From: Actinomycetota bacterium
GTDB lineage: Bacteria > Actinomycetota > UBA4738 > HRBIN12
DNA length: 32,939 nucleotides
NCBI GenBank assembly: GCA_040902755.1
Contig: JBBDWS010000005.1
Span: forward strand, 20,585 to 53,523
Direction of reading: 5' to 3'
Both the position numbers and the translations under genes were made by a program. The notes beneath the pieces were generated by a model. That model saw only the letters and a list, made by a program, of their open reading frames with translations. It made no database searches and was not told where the DNA came from. Below are positions 1 through 8,977 of this stretch, one piece after another; positions within the stretch are counted from its first letter, which is position 1, and each line of letters begins with the position of its first letter.

Positions 1-26
1 AGTCTGTTCCGCAGAAGGAGGGACCG

Positions 27-917
27 ATGACGAAGCGAGGTGGTCTGGGGCGGGGTCTATCCGCCTTGATCCCGGGCGCGGTCGAGGAAGGGACCGCCTC
101 GGGTCTCCTCGAGGTCCCCGTGAACGCGGTGGAGCCCAATCCGCGTCAGCCTCGAATGATGTTCGACGACGCCACCCTCGACGCGCTTGCGCTCTCGATC
201 CAGGAGGTCGGCATCCTGCAGCCGATCGTCGTGCGCAGGACGGCACAGGGATTCGAGCTCATCGCCGGGGAGCGGCGCCTTCGGGCGGCCAAACGGGCCG
301 GCCTCGCGACGATCCCGGCCGTGATCCGCGAGAGCGACGATGCCGAGTCGCTGCGGGAAGCGCTGATCGAGAACATCCACCGTGAAGATCTGAACCCGAT
401 CGAGCTGGCGGAGGCGTTCCGGGAGCTTCTCGAGGAGCTCGGGCTGAAGCAGGAGACGCTCGCCGAGCGGCTCGGGGTGTCCCGCTCGCATATCGCGAAC
501 ACGATCCGGCTGCTCCAGCTCCCGTCGGAGGTTCAGCAGCAGCTCGCGGGCGGAAGGATGCAGGCCGGGCACGGCCGGGCGCTGCTGTCCCTCGGCGACG
601 CCGAGGCGCAGCGGACGCTCGCGGTGCGGATCGCCGCCGAGGAACTGACGGTCCGCGAGGTCGAGGAGCTGGTACGGAACTACCTCGAGCACCCCGCGGG
701 AGCCGAGCCTCGCGCCATCTTGAACGCTGCCCCCGAGCCGAAGGAGAACCCTCTGGCAGAGGTCGAGGAACTCCTGTCCGAGCAGCTCGCGACGCGCGTG
801 GCGATCCAGATGGGTCGCAAACGCGGGAAGATCCTTATCGACTTCGGCTCCGCGGACGACCTGGATCGGATCGTCTCCGAGATCGTTGGGTCCGGGCCCG
901 GCCTCGCTCCGGAGTAG
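27..917 (+). CDS. parB: ParB/Spo0J chromosome partitioning protein
   Basis: N-terminal LGRGLSALI peptide, PNPRQPR, ParB box LIAGERRLRAA, ENIHREDLNPIE and HTH; SD AAGGAGG at 15-21. Confidence 0.97.
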   Translation: MTKRGGLGRGLSALIPGAVEEGTASGLLEVPVNAVEPNPRQPRMMFDDATLDALALSIQEVGILQPIVVRRTAQGFELIAGERRLRAAKRAGLATIPAVIRESDDAESLREALIENIHREDLNPIELAEAFRELLEELGLKQETLAERLGVSRSHIANTIRLLQLPSEVQQQLAGGRMQAGHGRALLSLGDAEAQRTLAVRIAAEELTVREVEELVRNYLEHPAGAEPRAILNAAPEPKENPLAEVEELLSEQLATRVAIQMGRKRGKILIDFGSADDLDRIVSEIVGSGPGLAPE

Positions 918-982
918 CCCGGCCGCCCGGGGAAACGCATCTGCAGGGCACTGCCAAGTTGCGGTTCGAGACGAGCCTTCGG

Positions 983-1930
983 TCAGCCCACGGACTCTCG
1001 CCCGAGTGCAAGGCGGAGGACGCGGTCGCAGAGCTCCTCGAAGCCGATCCCGGCGGCCTGCGCCGCCATCGGCAGGAGGCTGGTGTCGGTCATCCCGGGC
1101 GAGACGTTCACATCGATGACCCAGGGCCTGCCGTCCGCGTCGATCATCACGTCGGCGCGCCCGACGTCACGGAGTCCGAGCACCTCGAATGCCTCTGCCG
1201 CGGCGCCCTGGGACGCGGCCGCGACGTCGGGCGACAGGCGCGCCGGTGCGAAGTACTCCGTGGCGCCCGGCGTGTACCTCGCCGCGTAATCGAACACGCC
1301 GGACTTCGGGACGATCTCGACGAGCGGGAGCGGTTCGGACGTCCCGCCGATCATCCCCACCGCGACTTCAGGTCCGTCGACACGACGCTCGATGACCGCG
1401 GCGTCGGCGAACGACAGAGCGTTCATCACCGCGTGCGGCAGATCACGCTCGTGGTTCACGAACGAGAGTCCCATGGCGGAGCCGGCGCGCGACGGTTTGA
1501 CAACGAGCGGCAGACCGATGCGCTCGACGGCCGCGCCGAGTGCCGGACCGGCGGCGAGGTCGCGAAGGGCCGTCGCCTGGATCGCGGTCCACGCCGGCGT
1601 CGGGACGCCGTGGGCATCCATCGTCTCCTTGGCGAGGATCTTGTCGAAGGCGAGCTGACACGAGCGAGGGCCCGTGCCCGTGTACGCGATGCCGAGCAGC
1701 TCCAAGAGCCGCTGGACGGTGCCATCTTCGCCATCCTTACCGTGGAGTGCGACGTAGCACGCTGAAACCCTTGCAGTGGAAACGTTCTCGACGAACGGCC
1801 CTTCGGCTGGATCGATGAGGACGGTGTCGGAGCCACGCGACTGCAGCGCGCTGGCGACGCGATGGCCGGAGCGAAGGGAGACGTCGCGCTCCGGCGAACG
1901 GCCCCCCGCGAGAACGGCGACCGTCGTCAT
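983..1930 (-). CDS. ddl: D-alanine--D-alanine ligase family ATP-grasp enzyme
   Basis: GGRSPERDVS, ALHGKDGEDG, VKPSRAGSAMG, FDYAARY, GRADV, DVNVSPGMT motifs; start overlaps the upstream gene's stop (ATGA). Confidence 0.88.
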   Translation of the reverse strand: MTTVAVLAGGRSPERDVSLRSGHRVASALQSRGSDTVLIDPAEGPFVENVSTARVSACYVALHGKDGEDGTVQRLLELLGIAYTGTGPRSCQLAFDKILAKETMDAHGVPTPAWTAIQATALRDLAAGPALGAAVERIGLPLVVKPSRAGSAMGLSFVNHERDLPHAVMNALSFADAAVIERRVDGPEVAVGMIGGTSEPLPLVEIVPKSGVFDYAARYTPGATEYFAPARLSPDVAAASQGAAAEAFEVLGLRDVGRADVMIDADGRPWVIDVNVSPGMTDTSLLPMAAQAAGIGFEELCDRVLRLALGRESVG

Positions 1931-3153
1931 CCGGACAGCGACCGGTAGAGCTCCTCCTCGTCGGAGAGGAGCTCACCGAGCCGGCGCACCCCCTCGGCGA
2001 TCCGGTCTTCCGGTGGGTAGCAGAACGAGAGTCGCATCTGCTGGCGTCCGCGGCCGTCCGGATAGAACGCCGTGCCGGGGACGTAGGCGACCTTCCGTTC
2101 GACCGCAGCCGCGAGGAGCGCTTGCGTGTCGAAGTACTCGGGGAGCGTCACCCAGACGTAGAAGCCACCGGCAGGCTTGGTCCACCTGGCGTCGGCGGGG
2201 AAGCGTTCGGAGAGGGCGAACAGCATGGCGTCGCGCCGGCTGCGGTAGATGCCGACGAGGTGCTGCAGGTTGCGACGCCAGCGTTCCCCCGCGAAGTAGC
2301 GCTCGGTGATCAGCATGGTGAGCTGACTGCCGCAAAGGTCCGCGGCCTCCTTCGCGAGGACGAGCCGTCCAAGGACGCCGGGCTCCGCGACCGCCCAGCC
2401 GACTCGAACGCCCGGAGCGAAGACCTTCGAGACGGTGCCGAGGTAGATCACGTTGTGCGGGTCGAGGGAGCGAAGGGTGGGCTCCGGCTCGCCCTCGAAA
2501 CGGAGCAGGCCGTAAGGGTTGTCCTCGACGATCGGGATGTGCGCCTCCCGGCAGAGCGCGACGAGCGCCTCCCGTCGCGACGTCGACATCGTGACGCCCG
2601 CAGGGTTGTGGAAGTTCGGGACCGTATAGACGAACTTCGGTCGCTCGCCGCGAAGGAGCGCCTCCTCGAGCTGTTCCACGACCATCCCGTCCTCATCGAG
2701 ATCGATCTGCAGGAACCTCGGCTCGTAGGCGCTGAACGCCGAGAGGGCACCGACGTACGCGGGCGCTTCGACCGCGATGAGATCGCCCGGATCGATGAGC
2801 ACCTTGCCGATGAGGTCGAGCGCCTGCTGCGCTCCCGTCGTGACGACGAGGTCCTCCGGGTCGGCGGGGGTCGTCTCCTCGGCCATGAGCATCGCGAGTC
2901 GTTCTCGCAGAAGCGGCGAACCCTGTCCCGCTCCGTACTGCAGGGCGACGTCCGCGCGCTCGATGAGCACCGCCTCCACGATCTCGATCACGTGCTCGGT
3001 GGGGAGCGCCTGGACGTACGGCATGCCGCCGGCGAGCGAGACCACGTCGGGCCGCGAGGCGACCGAGAACAGCGCGCGGACCTCCGACGCGGACATGCCG
3101 ACCGCGCGACGCGCGTACAGTTCGGCGAACGGGTCGACGTTGAACTCGGCCAT
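1927..3153 (-). CDS. PLP-dependent aminotransferase class I/II (LysN/2-aminoadipate transaminase-like, no HTH)
   Basis: SLAGGMP, TTGAQQALDL, VPNFHNPAG, EDNPY, GTVSKVFAPGVRVGW (PLP lysine); start trimmed to ATG 3153, 9 nt downstream of a TACCAT -10. Confidence 0.92.
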   Translation of the reverse strand: MAEFNVDPFAELYARRAVGMSASEVRALFSVASRPDVVSLAGGMPYVQALPTEHVIEIVEAVLIERADVALQYGAGQGSPLLRERLAMLMAEETTPADPEDLVVTTGAQQALDLIGKVLIDPGDLIAVEAPAYVGALSAFSAYEPRFLQIDLDEDGMVVEQLEEALLRGERPKFVYTVPNFHNPAGVTMSTSRREALVALCREAHIPIVEDNPYGLLRFEGEPEPTLRSLDPHNVIYLGTVSKVFAPGVRVGWAVAEPGVLGRLVLAKEAADLCGSQLTMLITERYFAGERWRRNLQHLVGIYRSRRDAMLFALSERFPADARWTKPAGGFYVWVTLPEYFDTQALLAAAVERKVAYVPGTAFYPDGRGRQQMRLSFCYPPEDRIAEGVRRLGELLSDEEELYRSLSG

Positions 3154-3162
3154 GGGCCGACG

Positions 3163-3168
3163 ATGGTA
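3163..3168 (-). promoter_or_regulatory. Putative sigma-70 -10 element TACCAT (near-leaderless aminotransferase-ddl transcript)
   Basis: TANNNT 9 nt upstream of ATG 3153, no SD. Confidence 0.55.
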
Positions 3169-3250
3169 CAACCCCGCAGGTCACGGACCCGGGAACGCCG
3201 ATCGCGTCGTGACCTCGAGCGGTGCGTAGCCGTCCCCGGAACGGCGAAAG

Positions 3251-4204
3251 TTAATCCTCCACTCGGGGGAGTACCTCGCGCGCTAGCAGGTCGAGCATCT
3301 CGAGGTCGTCGAACAGCTCGTGATTGAGGACGATCCGCTGCACGCCCGCGGCCGCGTACTCCGTGATCCGCTCCGCCGCGCGCTCGGGCGTTCCGACGAT
3401 GCAGTCCTTGGACAGGTCCTCGAGATATGCATCGAAAGGGCCGGCCTTGGGATCCAGCTCGCGACCGCGCTCTACGCGCGCGCGGAACTCGTCCTCGTCG
3501 GCTCCGACGTACACCCACGTCATGACCGAGGTGACGACCGTCGACTGATCCCGGCCGGCGGCGTCGACCGCGTCCCGGACGCGGGCGATGCGTTCGGCGA
3601 CCTCCTCAGGCGAACCACCGACGGTGTTGAACTCGTCTGCCCACCGGGCGACCATCCGCGCGATGCGCGGTCCACCGTTGCCGCCGACGATCACGGGTGG
3701 GTGCGGACGCTGCACCGGCCTGAACAGGAACTCACAGTCCGCGAGCGCGTAGTGACGGCCGTCGAAGGAGAAGCGCTCGTTCGTCAGGAGCCCGTGCACG
3801 ATCTCAAGTTGCTCCTCAAGCATCTGCATGCGCTCCGCGACCGGTGGGAATCCGAAGCCGTGGGTCCGGTGCTCCTCCTCCCACCATCCCGCACCGATGC
3901 CGAGGTCGACGCGTCCGGAGGAGATGAGGTCGACCGTGGTGGCGAGCTTCGCGAGTACCGCAGGGTGCCGGAAGGTCACGGGGGAGACGAGGGTTCCGAG
4001 CCGGATCCGCTCGGTTCGGGCTGCGAGCGCCGTCAAGGTCGCCCAGGCGTCGTTCGAGCCCCGGCCCCGAGCGCCCACCACGGAGAGGTAGTGATCCGAG
4101 GTGAACAGGCCCTCGAACCCGAGTCGCTCGCAGGCGTCGGCGACGGCGAGCCAGTGAGGCCAGGTCACGCCCTCCTGACCCTCGAGCATCAGACTGGTTC
4201 GCAC
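3251..4204 (-). CDS. LLM-class (luciferase-like) oxidoreductase, probably F420-dependent
   Basis: LFTSDHY, DAWATLTALAARTERIRLGTLVSPVTFRHPAVLAK, GRVDLGIGAGW, PVQRPHPPVIVGG; GTG start with GAGGGA SD. F420 dependence is inferred from family resemblance. Confidence 0.88.
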   Translation of the reverse strand: MRTSLMLEGQEGVTWPHWLAVADACERLGFEGLFTSDHYLSVVGARGRGSNDAWATLTALAARTERIRLGTLVSPVTFRHPAVLAKLATTVDLISSGRVDLGIGAGWWEEEHRTHGFGFPPVAERMQMLEEQLEIVHGLLTNERFSFDGRHYALADCEFLFRPVQRPHPPVIVGGNGGPRIARMVARWADEFNTVGGSPEEVAERIARVRDAVDAAGRDQSTVVTSVMTWVYVGADEDEFRARVERGRELDPKAGPFDAYLEDLSKDCIVGTPERAAERITEYAAAGVQRIVLNHELFDDLEMLDLLAREVLPRVED

Positions 4205-4229
4205 GTCGTTCCCTCGGTCGGAGGGTGGC

Positions 4230-4236
4230 TACGATA
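4230..4236. promoter_or_regulatory. Putative bidirectional promoter: overlapping -10 hexamers TACGAT (+) and TATCGT (-)
   Basis: 7-mer TACGATA lies between the divergent LLM gene and the small ORF at 4242. Confidence 0.5.
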
Positions 4237-4241
4237 CCCGC

Positions 4242-4373
4242 GTGGACCGGCCCGGCCCCGACGAGATCCGCCGCGCGGCCAAGGCGGCGTTCCTCGGCAT
4301 CGGACTCGGCTTCCTGCTCCTGATCGTCGAGCGAACCCGATCGTCGTCCGAACCCGGCCGGCCTAAGCCCTAA
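4242..4373 (+). CDS. Small hypothetical membrane protein, 43 aa (MDRPGPDEIRRAAKAAFLGIGLGFLLLIVERTRSSSEPGRPKP)
   Basis: Below the ORF-track cutoff. GTG 6 nt after TACGAT, mostly G/C third positions, one hydrophobic segment; fills the intergenic gap and its stop overlaps the amidase stop. Confidence 0.65.
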   Translation: MDRPGPDEIRRAAKAAFLGIGLGFLLLIVERTRSSSEPGRPKP

Positions 4374-5455
4374 CCGGGCGTCGGGGCCGCCGCCTGCTGA
4401 CCAGCCGTCAGGAATCGCTCCAGACCGGCCGCGATCGCACGCGCCGCTTCTTCGGCGAACGCGGGGTCCAGGAGCCGTTCCGCCTCGTCCTCGTTCGTCG
4501 CGACTCCGAGCTCGACCTGAACCGCGGGCATGCGGGTCTCGCGCAGGACCGTGATCGCGAGTGGCTTGACGCCACCCTCGGGCAGGCCGAGCTCGCCGAG
4601 CGCGGACGCGATCACCGTGGCGAGGTGCAGACCCATGGGGGAGTGCGTCGACGGCGTGCCGTAGTAGCAACAGACGGTGCCGGCCGGAACGAGCCCTCCG
4701 TCGCCGACGTGGATCGAGACACAGACCGCGGCGTCGGCGCCGTTCGCGCGCCGGACCCGGTCCTCGACGTCCAGATCCGCCTCGGCGCTACGGAGCAGGA
4801 GCGGACGCGCACCCCTTCGACCGAGCTCCGCCGCGAGCTCCGTCGCGACGCGCGCGGCAAGCTCGGCCTCGACGATGCCATGCGCCTCGATCCCCGGGTC
4901 CGAGCCCCCGTGGCCAGGATCGATCGCGATCACCGAGCCGGCGAGCGATCCACCCATCCTGCTCGCCGCTTCGGTCTCGCGCACGACGGCCCGGCTCGGG
5001 CCGTCCAGGGTCGGCCGCATGCGCTCGAGCGATCGAACCGTGTCGAGGCCGACGATCCCGTCGTCCTTCGTGGCGACGTTGCGTTGGTACTCGCGCACGG
5101 CACGTGCTGTCCGCGAGCCGAAGATCCCGTCCTGCTTGCCCGCGTCGAACCCGAGCGAATCGAGCATCCGCTGGAGCTCCCGGACGTCGTCGCCACGGAA
5201 GGCAGGCGAGCGCAGATACAGCGTGCGATCGCCGATCCGGTAGCCGGTCTCGACGAGCTGTCCCCACGTGTCGGGGCCTACCATCCCGTCGGGCGGAAGG
5301 CCGCGGCGCCGCTGGAACTCGCGAACGGCCGTCTCGGTCGAGGCTCCGAAGGTGCCGTCGAGTTCGCCGGGGTCGATGCGAAGGCCGGCGCCGAGCAGCC
5401 GATGCTGCACGTCGCGGACCGCCTCGCTCCGCGTGCCTCGCCGGATGAGCTCCAC
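4370..5455 (-). CDS. N-acetylmuramoyl-L-alanine amidase (Amidase_3) with two N-terminal peptidoglycan-binding domains, CwlM-like
   Basis: Two PG_binding_1 repeats (DGTFGASTETAVREFQRRRGLPPDGMVG; DGIFGSRTARAVREYQ), IDPGHGG, SIH, PAVQVELG; sits directly downstream of trxBA as cwlM does. Start at GTG 5455 or TTG 5491. Confidence 0.9.
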   Translation of the reverse strand: MELIRRGTRSEAVRDVQHRLLGAGLRIDPGELDGTFGASTETAVREFQRRRGLPPDGMVGPDTWGQLVETGYRIGDRTLYLRSPAFRGDDVRELQRMLDSLGFDAGKQDGIFGSRTARAVREYQRNVATKDDGIVGLDTVRSLERMRPTLDGPSRAVVRETEAASRMGGSLAGSVIAIDPGHGGSDPGIEAHGIVEAELAARVATELAAELGRRGARPLLLRSAEADLDVEDRVRRANGADAAVCVSIHVGDGGLVPAGTVCCYYGTPSTHSPMGLHLATVIASALGELGLPEGGVKPLAITVLRETRMPAVQVELGVATNEDEAERLLDPAFAEEAARAIAAGLERFLTAGQQAAAPTPG

Positions 5456-5529
5456 GGGGGCAGTTTCCGCGCCGGCGGACCGGAGCGGCAAACGACGAGC
5501 GTTCGGTAGCGGTGGAACCCCCGCGTGTC

Positions 5530-5859
5530 TCAGGCGGGGATGTGCGGATCGATCTCCTTGAGCAGGGCGTCCTTGCCGCGCGCGCCCACCACCCGCGTGG
5601 CCTCGACCCCGGCCTTGAACAGCATCAGGGTCGGGATGCTCATCACTCCGAAGCGGCGCGTCATCTCCGGGTTCTCGTCGATGTTCAGCTTCGCGACCTG
5701 CAGGGTCTCGCCCTTGTCACGCCCGATCTCCTCGACGACCGGTGACACCATGTGGCAGGGTACGCACCACTCCGCCCAGAAGTCGACGAGCACCGGACCT
5801 TCCGCGTTCAATACTCGCTCCTGGAAGTCCTGATCCGTCACGTTGCCGATCAACGCCAC
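5530..5859 (-). CDS. trxA: Thioredoxin
   Basis: VLVDFWAEWCVPC, KLNIDENP, GVMSIPTL; SD GAAAGGA. Confidence 0.95.
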   Translation of the reverse strand: MALIGNVTDQDFQERVLNAEGPVLVDFWAEWCVPCHMVSPVVEEIGRDKGETLQVAKLNIDENPEMTRRFGVMSIPTLMLFKAGVEATRVVGARGKDALLKEIDPHIPA

Positions 5860-5907
5860 GTGCCCCGTCCTTTCACTCTCGCCCGATCCTGCCGATCCGA
5901 CGCCGTC

Positions 5908-6846
5908 TCAGCGCTTCGCGTGTGCCTCGTCCTCGAGGAACCGCTCGGCGTCCATCGCCGCCTTGCAGCCCTGGCCGGCGGCGGTTACCGCCTGACGATA
6001 GATCGAGTCGGTGACGTCCCCCGCGGCGAAGACACCGGGGATGCTCGTCCTCGTCGTGGGCTCGTCGATCACGATGTAGCCGGTGTTCGTTAGCTCCAGC
6101 TGTCCCTCGAAGAGCTCTGTGTTCGGCGTGTGCCCGATCGCCATGAAGACCCCGTCGGTCGCGAGATCGGTGACCTCGCCGGAGCGCACGTTTCGCAGCT
6201 TCACGCCGGTCACCGCGTCGTCGCCCTTGACCTCGTCGACCTCGGTGTCCCAGATCACGTCGACTTTGGGGTTCGAGAGCGCGCGGTCCTGCATGATCTT
6301 CGAAGCGCGGAACTCGTCGCGGCGGTGGACGATGGAGACCTTCTTCGCGAACTTCGTGAGGAAGTTCGACTCCTCCATGGCGGTGTCGCCGCCGCCGACG
6401 ACGACGAGATCCCGGTCGCGGAAGAAGAAGCCGTCGCAGGTCGCACAGGCGCTGACACCCCTGCCGCGCAGTCGCTCCTCGCCCGGGACGTCCAGCCACT
6501 TGGCGGTCGCCCCGGTCGCTACGATCACGGTCCCGGCCAGCCATTCCTGGTCGCCGGCCCACACGCGGAACGGCCGCTCCGAAAGGTCCACGCGGGTGGC
6601 GGACTGGGCCACGATCTCGGCCTCGAATCGCGCCGCCTGTTTCTCCATGGCCTCCATCAGCTCGGGACCCATGACCCCGTCGGGGAAGCCCGGATAGTTC
6701 TCGACGTCGGTGGTCAGCATGAGCTGCCCGCCGGCCTCGAGACCCTTCAGGACCAGCGGTTCCAGGTTCGCCCGAGCCGCATACAGCGCGGCCGTGTACC
6801 CGGCCGGACCCGACCCCAGGATCACCACGTTCCGTTGTTCAGTCAT
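5908..6846 (-). CDS. trxB: Thioredoxin-disulfide reductase
   Basis: GSGPAGYTAA, VENYPGF, SACATCDGFFF, GGGDTAMEE, HRRDEFRAS, GVFAAGDV, QAVTAAG. Confidence 0.97.
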   Translation of the reverse strand: MTEQRNVVILGSGPAGYTAALYAARANLEPLVLKGLEAGGQLMLTTDVENYPGFPDGVMGPELMEAMEKQAARFEAEIVAQSATRVDLSERPFRVWAGDQEWLAGTVIVATGATAKWLDVPGEERLRGRGVSACATCDGFFFRDRDLVVVGGGDTAMEESNFLTKFAKKVSIVHRRDEFRASKIMQDRALSNPKVDVIWDTEVDEVKGDDAVTGVKLRNVRSGEVTDLATDGVFMAIGHTPNTELFEGQLELTNTGYIVIDEPTTRTSIPGVFAAGDVTDSIYRQAVTAAGQGCKAAMDAERFLEDEAHAKR

Positions 6847-6888
6847 GGCTTACGTCTCCCACCGAGGATAACCGCAGCCTATTCCGCT

Positions 6889-8109
6889 CTACTCCCCGGC
6901 AAGGGCAGCCCGGCGAAGCTTGCCGGAGAACGTTCGCGGCAGCTCGTCCACCAGTACGAGCTCCCGCGGCACCTTGTGGCGCGCGATCCGGGCGGCCGCG
7001 AACGCGCGGAGCTCGTCAAGGCTCGGAGGCTCAGCCGCGTTGGCCGGAACGACGAAGGCGACCACCCGCTGCCCCCATTCGGGGTCCTGCCGCCCGCCGA
7101 CGCCGACCTCGGCGACCTTGGGATGCTCACGAAGCGCCACCTCCACCTCGTGGGGCCAGACCTTCTCTCCACCGGTGTTGATGAGATCGTCGATGCGGCC
7201 GACGACGTGCAGCCGTCCCTCGGCGTCGATCTCTCCGGCGTCGCCGGGCTGGAGCCAGCCGTCCTCGGTGAACGCGGCGGAGGTGGCGCGTTCGTCGAAG
7301 CGGTACCCGAGCATGAGCATCGGAGCTCTCAGCTCGATGCCTCCGTTCACGTTGATGCGCATCTCGACCCCCGGCAAGGCGAGCCCGTCGTACACGACCC
7401 CTCCGCAGCTCTCGGTGAGGCCGTAGGTCTGGATCACCGGAGCGCCCACCCGGTCCGCACGCTCGCGGAGGTCCGGGGACAAGTGGGCCCCACCGACCAG
7501 GATCCCGCGGAATCCGGTGAGGTCGACCTCGGCATCCAGGAGACGGCTCAGCATCGTCGGGACGATCGAGATGAACGAGGCGTTCGCCTCGGCGCCGACC
7601 AGGCGCGGATCGAAGACGGGGTGCACGCTCACGGGAGCGTCCAGCAGGACGCCGCGCAACAGCACGAGCATCCCGCCCACGTGGGCGAGCGGAAGACAGC
7701 AGATCCACCGGTCCCTCGGGGTCGCTTCGAGCGCGAACGCCGAGGCAGCCACGGCCGAGTCGATCGCTCGCCGTTCGAACTGCACGAGCTTCGGCGTCCC
7801 GGCGGTGCCGGAGGTATGCACCACGAGCGCGACCCCGGGTTCGGCGGGGACGCCGTCCGGTAGCCGCCGGCCCGACCGCTCGCCGGCCGGGTCCGAGATC
7901 AGCACCGTCGGTCGCGCGAGGCGCAGGAGCTCGCCGGCCTCGGCTCGGGGAAGGCGCGGATCGATCGGCAGGACGGCGGCGCCGGCAGCCCACACGTCTC
8001 GGACCAGGTCGAGCCATCCGGGGCCGGGCGGGAGCGTGACGGCCACCAGGTCGCGCTCGGAGATGCCCGGGCGGGCACCGGCGTCGCTCAGGCTGAAGGC
8101 GCCTGCCAC
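6889..8109 (-). CDS. menE: o-succinylbenzoate--CoA ligase (AMP-binding enzyme)
   Basis: [47 protein letters not shown]; divergent from menB. Confidence 0.85.
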   Translation of the reverse strand: MAGAFSLSDAGARPGISERDLVAVTLPPGPGWLDLVRDVWAAGAAVLPIDPRLPRAEAGELLRLARPTVLISDPAGERSGRRLPDGVPAEPGVALVVHTSGTAGTPKLVQFERRAIDSAVAASAFALEATPRDRWICCLPLAHVGGMLVLLRGVLLDAPVSVHPVFDPRLVGAEANASFISIVPTMLSRLLDAEVDLTGFRGILVGGAHLSPDLRERADRVGAPVIQTYGLTESCGGVVYDGLALPGVEMRINVNGGIELRAPMLMLGYRFDERATSAAFTEDGWLQPGDAGEIDAEGRLHVVGRIDDLINTGGEKVWPHEVEVALREHPKVAEVGVGGRQDPEWGQRVVAFVVPANAAEPPSLDELRAFAAARIARHKVPRELVLVDELPRTFSGKLRRAALAGE

Positions 8110-8115
8110 ATCCGA

Positions 8116-8122
8116 TAGGCTA
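8116..8122. promoter_or_regulatory. Putative bidirectional promoter: -10 TAGGCT (+, menBAD) overlapping TAGCCT (-, leaderless menE)
   Basis: 7-mer TAGGCTA in the 55-nt divergent gap; the minus-strand hexamer is 7 nt from the menE GTG. Confidence 0.5.
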
Positions 8123-8142
8123 GCCCAGACCCTGCGAGTGAA

Positions 8143-8155
8143 CGCTCTAGGAGTG
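8143..8155. promoter_or_regulatory. Candidate operator CGCTC-TAG-GAGTG upstream of menB
   Basis: Matches the dyad at 14343-14355 at 11 of 13 positions; overlaps the probable menB SD (AGGAG). Confidence 0.4.
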
Positions 8156-8164
8156 GATGGTCAC

Positions 8165-8977
8165 ATGGACTGGCAGGCATCGGGCGAGTACACGGACATC
8201 CACTACGAGACGGCCGAGGGGATGGCGAAGGTGACGATCGCCAGGCCGGAGGTTCGCAACGCCTTCCGACCGCTCACGGTCCGGGAGTTGAGCCGCGCGT
8301 TCGCCATCGCCCGCGACGATCCCGCCGTGGGCGTCGTCATCTTGACCGGCGAGGGGCCCGACGCCTTCTGCAGCGGAGGTGACCAGAAGGTCCGAGGCGA
8401 CGACGGCTACGTGGATGAGCAGGGGACCGGCCGACTGAACGTGCTCGACCTGCAGATACAGATCCGAAGGTTGCCGAAGCCGGTCGTCGCGATGGTGGCC
8501 GGCTACGCGATCGGCGGCGGGCACGTGCTGCACGTGTGCTGCGATCTGACGATCGCGGCCGAGAACGCGCGATTCGGCCAGACCGGGCCGAAGGTGGGTT
8601 CCGTCGATGGCGGGTACGGGATCAATCTGCTCGCGCGGCAGATCGGAGAGAAGCGCGCGAAAGAGGTCTGGTTCCTGTGCCGCCAGTACGACGCCGAGAC
8701 CGCCCTCGCCTGGGGCCTGGTCAACGCGGTGGTGCCACTCGAGGACCTCGAGGCAGAGACCCTCCGCTGGTGCCAAGAGATGCTGCGGATGAGTCCGCTC
8801 GCTCTGCGGTTGCTGAAGTCCGGTTCCAACGCCGGCGTCGACGGGTTGGCGGGCGTGCAGCAGCTCGCCGGCGACGCGACGCTCCTCTATTACATGACGG
8901 AGGAGGCGCAGGAGGGCCGGGACGCCTTCGTCGACAAGCGCGACCCGGATTTCTCGAGGTTCCCGAAACGGCCGTGA
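8165..8977 (+). CDS. menB: 1,4-dihydroxy-2-naphthoyl-CoA synthase
   Basis: [58 protein letters not shown]; real start ATG 8165 within ORF 7517..8977. Confidence 0.97.
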   Translation: MDWQASGEYTDIHYETAEGMAKVTIARPEVRNAFRPLTVRELSRAFAIARDDPAVGVVILTGEGPDAFCSGGDQKVRGDDGYVDEQGTGRLNVLDLQIQIRRLPKPVVAMVAGYAIGGGHVLHVCCDLTIAAENARFGQTGPKVGSVDGGYGINLLARQIGEKRAKEVWFLCRQYDAETALAWGLVNAVVPLEDLEAETLRWCQEMLRMSPLALRLLKSGSNAGVDGLAGVQQLAGDATLLYYMTEEAQEGRDAFVDKRDPDFSRFPKRP

